DNA from: Spirochaetota bacterium
GTDB lineage: Bacteria > Spirochaetota > UBA4802 > UBA5550
Reading direction: 5' to 3'
NCBI GenBank assembly: GCA_963663865.1
Contig: OY760686.1
Coordinates: 672,001 to 736,000 of the forward strand
Length of the DNA: 64,000 nt
Part shown: in pieces, positions 48,310 through 58,339 of the stretch
Layout: every line of letters starts with the position of its first letter
Numbering within the stretch: position 1 is the stretch's first letter
Made by a program: the position numbers and the translations under genes
The notes under the pieces: generated by a model
Seen by the model: only the letters and a program-made list of their open reading frames with translations
What the model was told of the DNA's origin: nothing
The model's database searches: none

Positions 48310-50481
48310 ATGAAAAAAATTCTGGTACTTTTAAGTCTCTCCGCAGCTTTTTTCTTTGGTTGTGGGGATGACGGAGACGACTCGAAGGAAGTGGTTGATG
48401 ACACCTGTGTAAGTGTGTATTGTGATGATTCTGGATCACTGGTGCAACCTGAGATAGGTGTGAAAACCGGCAGCGGGAAAACAGTAATAACTGTTGATGG
48501 CTATCAGTTCAAAGATTCAAATGGTAATGGGAGTCTGGATGTTTATGAGGATTGGAGACTTTCGGTTTCCGAGAGAGCTGAGGATCTCGTAGCCAGAATG
48601 ACTGCTAATGAGAAGGCAGGATTCATTAATGCTCCCAGCGTAAGCGGACAGACTACTACAGGATCTCTCAAGAACGAAGACGGTACCTGGATTGAAGATA
48701 ATTCAGGTTATAGAGCTATTACAACGCTATTCAGAAGATTCGGAATGCTCACTTTGTCAGCTTCCTCTGAGCCGGAACGGATTGCGACTTATAATAACAG
48801 TCTAAATGAAATCTGTGAAGGTGTATTGCGGGAGGACGGTTCACTCGGACTTGGAATTCCATTTGTCACTTGCACGAATCCGACGCACGGAACGAACTCA
48901 AACTCAACAGTTCTGGTGTCAGCATGGCCGTACGCGATTGGCCTTGGCGCCATTACTGATCCGGCTGTTATTGAAAAATATGCATTAACGGTGAGGGCTG
49001 AGTTGGCAGCGCTGGGACTCCGTTCTTATTACGGACCGCTCGCAGATGTTGCAACCGAGCCCAGGTGGCAGCGGCAGCAGGAAACCTTCGGCTCAAGTCC
49101 TGAAAGAATAGCTGTATATTCTAATATGGTTATCAGAGCGCTTCAGGGAGGAAATTCACTCAAGCCGGGAGGAATAGTATGCGCGATCAAGCATTTTCCC
49201 GGACATGGCGCCCAAATTAAGGGATTTGATTCTCATTACAAAATGGGAAAATATACAGTTAACCCGGGAAACAACTTTGATATGCATGCTTATCCTTTTG
49301 AGAAGGCATTCAGAGAAGTTAATCCGGCTGCATGTATGCCATGTTATTCGATTTACAGAGATCAGCCTTTTGAACAGGTCGCTGCTGGTTTCAACGCTGA
49401 GATCATGAATGAATTAGGCCGTGATCAGCTTGGGTTTACAGGCTACTATACTTCAGACTGGGGATTGTTCGGGATTGGTGGAGGAGTGGATTCACTTCCT
49501 AATTCAGGAACATTCGCAGCATGGGGGGTTGAGGGGCTGACTTTGCCGGAAAAAATAGGGAAAGCTATGGAAGCCGGAATGGATCAGCTTGGTGGTCACG
49601 GGTCAATAATGGATATTATTGATGCGTTGAGCTACGGATATCTTTCTGAAGAAACTCTGGACAGGGCGTGTGCAAGTATCCTGAAAGGCTATTTCACAAT
49701 GGGTCTGTTTGAGAATCCTTATGTTGATGTGGATGCCGCAGGTACTATTTGTAATAATGCTGAAAGTCAGGCTGCAGGCCTCGATGCAATGCACAAATCA
49801 ATTGTTCTGGTAAAGAACAGTGGCAGCACGCTGCCGGCTGCATCGGGGATCAGTATTTATTACGATGGTACGGTAGATGGATCGGATGCAGCCCAGGCGA
49901 CATTTATCAATGAAACGTATGGTGCAACTGCAGTATCTGATATAACGCTGGCTGACATTGCCGTAATAAGGATAAACGGTCCTGTGATTAGCAGGTTCTA
50001 TCCCAATAAACCGACATTTTTGGGTTACGTTGGTGCAAGCAGCCGTTCACTCCAATATTTAGATGAAGAGCCGGACGCAGAGTATGGCGGTTTATACACC
50101 GAAGATTACACTGATCCTCTTGGCAACGTCCATTATGGAGTAATGAAGTCAGACACCATCGGAGAGTTTGAGAAGATCCTAAACGCAAAAAAAGCCATTA
50201 CAGACGCTGGAGCTTCTACCAAACTTGTCGTACTTGTTAATGCCGACAGGCCTCTGGTAATGAAAGAGTTTATAGATTACGTTGATGCCGCTTTCCTGAC
50301 ATTTGGTGCCAGCGATCGTGCAGTTCTCGATCTGGTATTCTCAAAAGATGGGCTTAAACCTACAGGAGTTCTTCCCTTTGAGCTGCCATCTTCAGATACG
50401 GAGGTTGAAGCACAGTTGGAAGACCTTCAGGATGATACAGATGCTCCTCTATACAAGGCAGGTCATTACCTGACTTATTAA
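48310..50481 (+). CDS. GH3 beta-glycosidase lipoprotein
   Basis: Lipobox FFGC; FKDSNGNGSLDVYEDWR, EPRWQR, KHFPG, MPCYS, SDW nucleophile; AGGAGG RBS. Confidence 0.93.
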   Translation: MKKILVLLSLSAAFFFGCGDDGDDSKEVVDDTCVSVYCDDSGSLVQPEIGVKTGSGKTVITVDGYQFKDSNGNGSLDVYEDWRLSVSERAEDLVARMTANEKAGFINAPSVSGQTTTGSLKNEDGTWIEDNSGYRAITTLFRRFGMLTLSASSEPERIATYNNSLNEICEGVLREDGSLGLGIPFVTCTNPTHGTNSNSTVLVSAWPYAIGLGAITDPAVIEKYALTVRAELAALGLRSYYGPLADVATEPRWQRQQETFGSSPERIAVYSNMVIRALQGGNSLKPGGIVCAIKHFPGHGAQIKGFDSHYKMGKYTVNPGNNFDMHAYPFEKAFREVNPAACMPCYSIYRDQPFEQVAAGFNAEIMNELGRDQLGFTGYYTSDWGLFGIGGGVDSLPNSGTFAAWGVEGLTLPEKIGKAMEAGMDQLGGHGSIMDIIDALSYGYLSEETLDRACASILKGYFTMGLFENPYVDVDAAGTICNNAESQAAGLDAMHKSIVLVKNSGSTLPAASGISIYYDGTVDGSDAAQATFINETYGATAVSDITLADIAVIRINGPVISRFYPNKPTFLGYVGASSRSLQYLDEEPDAEYGGLYTEDYTDPLGNVHYGVMKSDTIGEFEKILNAKKAITDAGASTKLVVLVNADRPLVMKEFIDYVDAAFLTFGASDRAVLDLVFSKDGLKPTGVLPFELPSSDTEVEAQLEDLQDDTDAPLYKAGHYLTY

Positions 50482-50505
50482 GAAAGACTATTCTGAAGTA
50501 TTCCT

Positions 50506-50537
50506 GCTCCCCGGCATTTCCTGTCGGGGAGTGTTTT
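50506..50537 (+). terminator. Intrinsic terminator
   Basis: ctccccggca-tttcc-tgtcggggag then gtttt. Confidence 0.7.
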
Positions 50538-50701
50538 AGAAAATATCTGAAACTGCCAGCCAGCAGTTGGCAGATGTGGATGAGGTAAGTCTGAGTTTCT
50601 GTGTCGATATATTTGCTTTGGGGTTGAATCTGTCATACTTTCTTGATGCCATCGGGTTTCTGAAAAAACTAAAATTCAGCGTTGTGGATAAAGTCGAAAT
50701 A

Positions 50702-51898
50702 ATGATTAAGTATAATATAATTACGATAATAGCAATACTCGGATTTGGTCAGGGAGTATTTCTTGCAATTGTTCTGGCAACATCAAAGCAGAACCGTCAG
50801 TCCAACAGGATACTATCAATTTTTATGTTGATACAAGCCGTTGTTTTAGCTTCAAACTGTGTTTTTTCGCCGGATGTTCAGTTGAACCTGCCGCATCTTT
50901 TACGAATCGACTGGCCGCTCTCAATGGCTTTTGGGCCTATTTTTTATTTTTATTATTCCTCCATTCTTGAAAAAAATTTCAAGTTTAAAGCTTACCATAT
51001 TCTTCTTTTTATTCCATTTTTTTTATCAGTGCTGTTTCTAATGCCTCTGTTCGTTCTGGATGGACCCACCAAAACAGATATTCTGAATGCATCTCACAAT
51101 GGAAGAACTCCATCTTCATTAACCTCATATTCCTGGAGTTTCAAATATTTAGTTCCAGCACTTCAGATACAGATGGCTATTTATTGCGGGATATGTATCC
51201 AACGGATAAAGAAATACAGAAAAGAACTCTATAATTACAAATCAAATATCAGCAAAGAGAGTCTTTCCTGGCTTTTATATCTTTCCATAATCATGATTAT
51301 AACTCACCTGTTTAATCTGGTTGGTTTTACTGCTACAGTTTTTTTTGGTAACAAGATAGTTCACCATTCTTATTTAAGCGACAGTCTTGGCGCTATGGTA
51401 GCGCGTAATATAGCCCCTCTTGAGTTTGCTTTGCTCACATACATGATTGGTTATAAAGCCTTAAAACAAAGTGAACTATCTATGATCAGAGAAATCACGA
51501 AGACGCAGAGGAAATATGAGAAGTCATCCTTAACCGATGAAGAGAGCAAAACTATTATGAGTGAACTTTCCACAATCATGACAGAGGAAAAGGCATATAT
51601 GGATTCGGAACTTAATATTGTTTCGCTTGCAGAAAAACTTTCGATCAGCCGACATCATTTGTCTCAGGTTATAAATAGACAGACTGGTAAAAACTTTTAT
51701 GAATATATTAATAACTATAGAATAAATGAAATAATATTTATGCTTCAGTCCGGATTTAATGAAAATAAAAATATTCTCGACGTGGCGTATAGGTCAGGTT
51801 TTGATTCCAAGTCTGCTTTTTACAAATATTTTCGAAAAATTACTGGAATGTCTCCCAGGGAATATATCACAACGAATAAAATGAACAACTTGCAATAA
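50702..51898 (+). CDS. Polytopic membrane AraC-family regulator
   Basis: About 6-7 TMs (FGP..YFY); KYEKSSL, LAEKLSISRHHLSQVIN, FYEYINNYRI, GFDSKSAFY. Confidence 0.92.
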   Translation: MIKYNIITIIAILGFGQGVFLAIVLATSKQNRQSNRILSIFMLIQAVVLASNCVFSPDVQLNLPHLLRIDWPLSMAFGPIFYFYYSSILEKNFKFKAYHILLFIPFFLSVLFLMPLFVLDGPTKTDILNASHNGRTPSSLTSYSWSFKYLVPALQIQMAIYCGICIQRIKKYRKELYNYKSNISKESLSWLLYLSIIMIITHLFNLVGFTATVFFGNKIVHHSYLSDSLGAMVARNIAPLEFALLTYMIGYKALKQSELSMIREITKTQRKYEKSSLTDEESKTIMSELSTIMTEEKAYMDSELNIVSLAEKLSISRHHLSQVINRQTGKNFYEYINNYRINEIIFMLQSGFNENKNILDVAYRSGFDSKSAFYKYFRKITGMSPREYITTNKMNNLQ

Positions 51899-51966
51899 AG
51901 GAAAGACCCAAGCAGTCTCAATTTTGATTGCAAAACAAATAAGCTTCCTAATGCAGGAAAATTCAG

Positions 51967-51997
51967 TTGCTTGAGAGCTGCTATCAGGTCGTAACAA
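51967..51997 (+). promoter_or_regulatory. MerR-type promoter/operator (19-bp spacer with dyad) upstream of merR-like gene 1
   Basis: TTGCTT-gagagctgctatcaggtcg-TAACAA; near copy on the minus strand at 55334-55364. Confidence 0.6.
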
Positions 51998-52115
51998 GTA
52001 CTCATCAATTTATAAGGCATGATTATTTTTGTTCTTTTTCACAAGTTTATGGATGAATCAGTAAAAATTAATTAGATTTAACTGGTATGCTGTAAAGTAT
52101 GAGGTAGAAGAGAGA

Positions 52116-52568
52116 ATGTACACAATGAAGCAGGCAGCTGAGCTGACAAAAATGTCGGTCCATACGCTGAGGTTCTATGCCAATAAAGGATTGTTCCCAT
52201 TTATTTCGCGCGATTATAACAATGTCAGATGGTTCTCCGACGAGGATATCGAAAAAATAAAGGTAGTCCTTTGTCTGAGAAAAACAGGGATGCCAATTTC
52301 CGATATCAAAAGCTATCTGTTAATGTGTGTTTCCGGCGAAGACAAAAAATTTGATAAGAGGTACGAGCTGTTTGTCCGTCAGGAAAAGAAAGCAGTACAG
52401 GAACTGGAGGAATTAAAAGAGCAAATAGAGCATTTGCAGTTAAAGATGGAATACTATCGAGAGTGTATTGAAGTGGGTAGGCATTTAAACTATTATCAGT
52501 ATGTGAAGGACATAGAAAAGAGATCTAAAAACAGGAATGCTGTTAAAAGAAAGAAGGCTGCCATTTAA
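52116..52568 (+). CDS. MerR-family regulator (AdhR/YyaN-like)
   Basis: HTLRFYANKGL, CLRKTGMPISDIK, coiled coil. Confidence 0.95.
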   Translation: MYTMKQAAELTKMSVHTLRFYANKGLFPFISRDYNNVRWFSDEDIEKIKVVLCLRKTGMPISDIKSYLLMCVSGEDKKFDKRYELFVRQEKKAVQELEELKEQIEHLQLKMEYYRECIEVGRHLNYYQYVKDIEKRSKNRNAVKRKKAAI

Positions 52569-52580
52569 GGCAGCCTTCTT
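52551..52580. terminator. Bidirectional hairpin terminator
   Basis: aagaaggctgcc-atttaa-ggcagccttctt between convergent genes. Confidence 0.8.
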
Positions 52581-52605
52581 AATAATAGACTCAAGACTTA
52601 TCAGA

Positions 52606-55122
52606 TCACCAGGTAAGACCGAAACCTGCCGCATAAGTCGGGTCTACGTCATCATTCATCACGTCCTCGTACTGTGCTTCCACTGCTTCATCAGATGATG
52701 GGAAGTTCCATGGCAGATGAGAAGTCGGAGCAAATCCGTCAACTGCAAAGAGGACCTCCATGAGTTGATCGTCGTAGATTCCAAATTCGATCATAAATGC
52801 ATCTATCTGATCTATCCATGGTTCAACAACCATTGGTCTTGGAGTAAAAGCAACAAGAACTATCTTTACGTTTCTGCCTTCACTTGCGGCTGCCTGTTTT
52901 ACTGCAATCGCGTTATTGATGGCTTCCATCTGTGATAGGGCTGCAGAGTAGTTGCCGTCACGTCCAATGTATCCTCCGCTTGAGTAGTCGACTCCGTCTA
53001 CTTCTGTTGTACCTCCGCCGTTATCAGTTCCACCCGGTCCGGCTGTAGAGTTGATTAGAGCTACATGTTCATCCCATGTACGGTGTCTCCATTCTTCCTC
53101 ATAGTAGTTGAGAAGTGGAGTTTCGTACGAAAGTGGAACCCCGCCTGTGAGACCTCCGTATGTTCCGAATCGTCCTGACACCCTCAGAACAATTACGTCC
53201 GCAGCTGTAATGTCTTCTGTAACATTGGCAGTGGGCAGGTAATCTTCGATAGCAGCATCATCGGTTATACCATCGTAATAAACAACATATTGCGCAGAAT
53301 CTTCCTGGAGAGGTAATATGTCCCCTTCATTCTTAAGAAGTACACAGGCCCGTTTACGCATTTCTTTTTGCTTTGATGTGAATTCTTCAGAAGCCAAAAA
53401 TGCCTGACTTTCTTCAAGGTCCGTATATGGATTTTCAAACAGACCCATTCTCATATAGGTCTCAAGAACCTTGCCAGCAACTTCGTCAATATCTGCTTCT
53501 GTCAGGAATCCTGCATTATAGGCATTTACCCATATTGTGGGCTGTGCCTGACCGAGCTGGTGACCTCCGGCTTTAGCATATCTCATAACAATATAGTGCT
53601 GTTGTTCTATAGCTCCATATACGTCTCCATAACGGCCTGAAATGACAGATGGAGTCCAGTCCTCAAATTGAGGGGCGGTTTCAGGAATGTCTGTTGGTGA
53701 AGCAGGATTTGTCTGAAATGAGAAGGTAAAAGTTTCAGAAGCCTCATCATAATTGTCTATGTAGACAGAATCAGGATAACCCATGTCGGCGAGCCTGAGA
53801 CCATAGTCTCTGGATCCCGAGTTTCCGACACCCCAGTCAGAGGTAACCATACCGTCCCAGCCCCAATCATCGCGAAGAATTTCCTGCATAAGATGTTCTT
53901 CATAGCTGGCGGCTATATAGTCCAGAGTAGTCTGGGCAAATGTATTGGTAGCTGTATTATAGTCAGTAAGATACAGACTATAGCAGGGCATTAAAGCGAG
54001 AGGACCTGCTTCACAGGCAATTTCAAATGCTCGAAGGTGCTCTTCCAGGTTATTACCTTTCATCGGCGCAAAGCGGCCATGATATGTGTGGCTGTCCATT
54101 CCTCCGACATTTGTTCCAGCACCAGGGTAGTGTTTAAGAGTACAGGCAACTCCGGGAATAGGATGCCCGTAGAATCCGTCATCAACACCCTGGAGGCCCT
54201 GCATATAAGCCTTAGTGTTTTCACCAGCTGCTTCACAGGTCGGTCCGCCCATTGTGTCGTATGCCCTTGCCCAGCGGGGTTCTGATAGCGGGTCGCACTG
54301 CGGGCCGTAAATGATTCTGATACCGCCTGCCCTGTAAGCTTGAGCGTGTAAACTTCCTATTTCTTTTGCGTATTCCGGGTCGTTGATCGCACCGAAGGCC
54401 TGGGTGAAAGCCCAGTTTCCGACTATGTCTCCGCCATTTTGTTTAGCAAAGTTAGTCGCAGCGGCATTGTTTCCGGTTCCGGTACATGGGTCGCAGCAGA
54501 ATGCATAGGGGATCCCGTATGTTGTACGTTCACAGGTTCTCTGAACAGCATTAACCAGATTGATCCGTGTTTCCACATCTCCACTTGGTCCACCCATACC
54601 CATTCTTGTATTGTTCATTGGGCCTACTTCTGCGTCGGGACCCCATCCGACAGGAATTCCAGCCCAGCCGTCGTCGCCAATCGCAAAACTTGCCATGTAG
54701 ACGGTTAAAAGGCCTGCTTTTGCTTCAATATCTCCCGACATATTGGAGAGAAGGTCTGCAACACGCGTCTCCAGCGAAAGCCTCCAGTCCTCATAGTCAT
54801 CAAGTTCGTTGTTTTTATTCAGGTCCCTGAATTGGAATGTTACCGGGTCGCCGGCAATTTCATTTTCACCTGTAGCCTCCGGTGTGACCTGTACCTCTAA
54901 AATAGAGACTCCTGTTCCCTCTCTAACCTCGACTTCAGGCTGCCCCTGAACGCCGTCATAACAATACAGGCTGTTATCATCAATACATTTGATGTCTGTA
55001 ATTGTGACCGGCACGACGGGCGCAGGTGTTGATTTTTTGTCGTCATCGCTGCAGGCAGTAAAGGTCATTGAAAAACCAATAGTTGCTAACAGGAGAAACA
55101 AAAATGTTAGATTTTTTTTCAT
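52606..55122 (-). CDS. GH3 beta-glycosidase lipoprotein, paralogue of 48310-50481
   Basis: Lipobox FTAC; FRDLNKNNELDDYEDWR, EPRWAR, KHYPG, MPCYS, SDW. Confidence 0.93.
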   Translation of the reverse strand: MKKNLTFLFLLLATIGFSMTFTACSDDDKKSTPAPVVPVTITDIKCIDDNSLYCYDGVQGQPEVEVREGTGVSILEVQVTPEATGENEIAGDPVTFQFRDLNKNNELDDYEDWRLSLETRVADLLSNMSGDIEAKAGLLTVYMASFAIGDDGWAGIPVGWGPDAEVGPMNNTRMGMGGPSGDVETRINLVNAVQRTCERTTYGIPYAFCCDPCTGTGNNAAATNFAKQNGGDIVGNWAFTQAFGAINDPEYAKEIGSLHAQAYRAGGIRIIYGPQCDPLSEPRWARAYDTMGGPTCEAAGENTKAYMQGLQGVDDGFYGHPIPGVACTLKHYPGAGTNVGGMDSHTYHGRFAPMKGNNLEEHLRAFEIACEAGPLALMPCYSLYLTDYNTATNTFAQTTLDYIAASYEEHLMQEILRDDWGWDGMVTSDWGVGNSGSRDYGLRLADMGYPDSVYIDNYDEASETFTFSFQTNPASPTDIPETAPQFEDWTPSVISGRYGDVYGAIEQQHYIVMRYAKAGGHQLGQAQPTIWVNAYNAGFLTEADIDEVAGKVLETYMRMGLFENPYTDLEESQAFLASEEFTSKQKEMRKRACVLLKNEGDILPLQEDSAQYVVYYDGITDDAAIEDYLPTANVTEDITAADVIVLRVSGRFGTYGGLTGGVPLSYETPLLNYYEEEWRHRTWDEHVALINSTAGPGGTDNGGGTTEVDGVDYSSGGYIGRDGNYSAALSQMEAINNAIAVKQAAASEGRNVKIVLVAFTPRPMVVEPWIDQIDAFMIEFGIYDDQLMEVLFAVDGFAPTSHLPWNFPSSDEAVEAQYEDVMNDDVDPTYAAGFGLTW

Positions 55123-55333
55123 GAAAAAAATCCTCCTCCTAAGATATAGTGTTTAAAATAATAAATCCGTACATTAGCCGCCGAAGAGTCACCAGAATAG
55201 AGCTCTCACATTATCAAAGCATTACAATCCCCATAATGCCCCGTCAATACTCCAACGGAGGTCTCCAACGGAAACGGACGGTTTATTTGCCTTTTTGGGA
55301 TGGATTGGTAATCCACTAAAATCATGTGGGGCC

Positions 55334-55364
55334 TTTCTACGAGTTGAGAGCAGCTCTCAGTCAA
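55334..55364 (-). promoter_or_regulatory. MerR-type promoter/operator facing the second GH3 gene
   Basis: TTGACT-gagagctgctctcaactcg(19 nt)-TAGAAA containing the perfect dyad TGAGAGC-w-GCTCTCA. Confidence 0.7.
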
Positions 55365-55651
55365 TAAAAAAATTATAGAAGTTTTTCTTCTTCAGCCTGA
55401 AACTTTACTTGCCAAAAGTATTTAATTTGTGGAGAGATGAAGAATCTCGCATTATACACAATCCCCATTCTGGAGGCAGTTCCCAGGTAACTTGATAGAG
55501 CTGTTAGATTTATTGAGAGCGGCATGTACGAGGTTTTGACAGCGCAGATCAGAGCTGCTGAGCCGGGCGTGTTTTATCTGTTACAGTGAAACCTGTGTCC
55601 AGACATTTCATTAAGGCCCCGTCATTATTTATGACGATATGAGGTCTTGTT

Positions 55652-56143
55652 ATGTATACAATCAAGAAAGCAGCTGAGCTGATGTCTATTTCAGCTCATA
55701 CGCTCAGGTTTTACGCGAATAAGGGACTTTTCCCTTTCATTGAAAGAGATTACAATAACATCAGATGGTTCAGTCTAAAAGATCTTGAATGGATTGAACT
55801 GGTTAAATGTCTTCGGAAAACGGGTATGTCAGTATCTGATATCAGGAAATATATAGAATTGTGCAAACATGGGGACAGGACTCTTAAGAAGAGATACAAA
55901 ATGATTCTTGAACAGTATGAATCAGCAAAAGCCGAGCTTGCGGCAATGAAGGACAGGATTGAATATCTCGAATATAAAAAAGAATTTTATACAAAATGGA
56001 TAGAAAAAGGTGAACAGCCTGAATATAACAACCCGGCCAGTACAGTTTGCGAACTGGATGAGATCAGACAGAACGATTTGAGATGTCAGCTTCAAGACAA
56101 ATCAGGGAATTACAAAAAAAGAGACCGGGAGGAATGGGACTGA
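55652..56143 (+). CDS. MerR-family regulator, paralogue of 52116-52568
   Basis: HTLRFYANKGLFPFI identical to first copy; CLRKTGMSVSDIRKYIELC. Confidence 0.95.
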   Translation: MYTIKKAAELMSISAHTLRFYANKGLFPFIERDYNNIRWFSLKDLEWIELVKCLRKTGMSVSDIRKYIELCKHGDRTLKKRYKMILEQYESAKAELAAMKDRIEYLEYKKEFYTKWIEKGEQPEYNNPASTVCELDEIRQNDLRCQLQDKSGNYKKRDREEWD

Positions 56144-56236
56144 CCTGTCAGCTTTATTTAACTCATTTTGAATGGATGGCGCTTTAACAAAATAAAAAAT
56201 CACATAAAACAAGCGCTATTAATAAGCAAAAGTCGC

Positions 56237-56265
56237 AAGCCGGGACGGAGATAAGTTCCCGGCTT
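56237..56265. terminator. Hairpin between convergent merR-like gene and pepF
   Basis: aagccggga...tcccggctt. Confidence 0.6.
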
Positions 56266-56280
56266 AACGAAACGATCAGT

Positions 56281-58101
56281 TTAACGTCCGCTTTTAAGGT
56301 TGCTGTACGCTTCCTTAAACATTTTTACCAGTTTGCTGAAATGTTCCAGCGCATTGCGCACCGGCTCAGGAGAGGCCATATCCACCCCTGCTTTTTTAAG
56401 CTCATCAATGGGATACATGCTGCCTCCAAGTCTGAGAAAGTCGATGTAATTATCAGCTGCTTCCTTGCCTCCAGAGGTGACCTTTTCAGCAAGGGCGACC
56501 GCAGCAGATATGCCGGTCGCGTATTTGTAAACGTAGAACGCTGAATAGAAATGGGGTATTCTGAGGCATTCAAGAGAAAGCTCATCATCGACAACCAGAG
56601 TGTCTCCGAAATACTCTTCCAGCAGCCCCCGGTAGATTCCGGTGAACGAGTCAAGCGTGAGGGGCCTGTTTGCCTCAAGTTCAGAGTGAGTCAGCTTCTC
56701 GAACTCAGCGAACATGGTTTGCCTGTACAGCGTGGCGCGGATGTTGTCGATTTCACGGTTGAGAATATAGGCGGTCATAGCCGGGTCAGAGGCGTATTTT
56801 TTGAGCAGATAACCGCTAAGCAGGGTTTCGTTGAATGTTGAAGCGACCTCTGCCACGAAGATCGTATAGTCGTGGTTTACGTAGGGCTGGCTGTTCCTGG
56901 AGAACCAGGAGTGCATTGAGTGGCCTGCTTCGTGTATCAGCGTATAGAGGCTGTTGATATTGCCGGGCTCGTAATTCAGCAAAATGTACGGGGCCGAGTC
57001 GAAGCATCCCGAGGAGTAGGCGCCACTGCGCTTGCCGCGGTTCTCATATCTGTCAACCCATCCATTGAGAAGTCCATACCTGAGCGTTTTCTGATATTCA
57101 CTGCCGAGCGGTTCGAGCGCCTCAACGCAGGTCTCAACAGCTTCATCATATTCCATGCGGAAATTGATATCTCCGACAAGGGGAACATAGGTGTCGTAGA
57201 AGTGAAGTTCATCGAGTCCAAGCGCCTCACGGCGGAAGTTCAGGTATTCGAAAAGCGGAGCCGCGTTTGACTTAACCGTTTCGATGAGAGTGTCGTAAAC
57301 CCCGGCAGGCACATTGTCTCCAAAGAGCGCCGCTTCACGGCAGGAGCTGAATTTCCTGACCCTCGCGTAGAACCAGTCCTTCATATTTGAGTGCGCAAGG
57401 GTGGAGGCTATTGTGTTCTTATGGGACTTGTAGGCGTCATAGTACTGAAAAAAAGCTTTCCGGCGGATATCGCGGTTTGGTGACAGCAGGAATGAGCTGA
57501 AGTTTCCGTGGCTCAGTTCAGTCTCAGAGCCGTCTTCGGCAGTGATATTGCCGAAACTGAGGTCGGCATTGTCGAGCTGGCTGAAGGCATCCGACGGGGC
57601 ATGGGCCATTTCACCGGACATTGCGAGTATCTCCTCAATCTCATGGCTGTGTGTATGGGGCTTGAAGCGGATGATTTTCTCGATAGAAAAGCGGTAATCT
57701 GCCATTGACTCATCGCTCATGTATGAGTGAATTACATCGTCAGGAATGGACTGTATCTCCGGCGTCATAAAGCTTGATGCTTCAGAAATGCGGGTGTACA
57801 GGTTCATGGCTTTCTGATTCATCGCAAGATATGACTGATTGCCCCTGTCTTCGTCGCTCTTCAGGTGAGAGTACGTGTAGAGCTTCTCTATAGCTCTGGA
57901 GATATCGAGGTCGAACTCAATGCCCTTTTTAAGCGCTTCAAGTGAAGAAGCCAGTGTGCCCCTTATATCGCTGTATCCTGAAATTCTCTTTTCGAGACCG
58001 CTGTATAAAGCTTCCCAATCGCTGTCGCCATTAAAAAGAGGACTGAGGTCCCATTTATCGCTTTCTGCTATTTCTGATCTTGATCGTATTTTTTTATCCA
58101 T
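56281..58101 (-). CDS. pepF: Oligoendopeptidase F (M3B)
   Basis: KWDL, GKRSGAYS, HEAGHSMH, FVAEVAS, RIPHFY, YVYKYATG. Confidence 0.97.
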   Translation of the reverse strand: MDKKIRSRSEIAESDKWDLSPLFNGDSDWEALYSGLEKRISGYSDIRGTLASSLEALKKGIEFDLDISRAIEKLYTYSHLKSDEDRGNQSYLAMNQKAMNLYTRISEASSFMTPEIQSIPDDVIHSYMSDESMADYRFSIEKIIRFKPHTHSHEIEEILAMSGEMAHAPSDAFSQLDNADLSFGNITAEDGSETELSHGNFSSFLLSPNRDIRRKAFFQYYDAYKSHKNTIASTLAHSNMKDWFYARVRKFSSCREAALFGDNVPAGVYDTLIETVKSNAAPLFEYLNFRREALGLDELHFYDTYVPLVGDINFRMEYDEAVETCVEALEPLGSEYQKTLRYGLLNGWVDRYENRGKRSGAYSSGCFDSAPYILLNYEPGNINSLYTLIHEAGHSMHSWFSRNSQPYVNHDYTIFVAEVASTFNETLLSGYLLKKYASDPAMTAYILNREIDNIRATLYRQTMFAEFEKLTHSELEANRPLTLDSFTGIYRGLLEEYFGDTLVVDDELSLECLRIPHFYSAFYVYKYATGISAAVALAEKVTSGGKEAADNYIDFLRLGGSMYPIDELKKAGVDMASPEPVRNALEHFSKLVKMFKEAYSNLKSGR

Positions 58102-58339
58102 AAAAGGTTACCTTCCCTATAATTCAATCTATGTGCATTCTGAGCTGAAGTCATGAAGAAGTCAATATCTTTGAAGAAATTGGAGCTCCAGAGGAGCTGT
58201 TGAACAGAATGTCAGATATCAGGAAATGGGAACAGGATTTAGGAGTGCTGATAATTTGATATATCACGCATTCAGAAGCGCATCAGGTGAAAACAGTATA
58301 TCCAGTGGGCAATAACAACAAACAAATGGAGGGGGAGTT

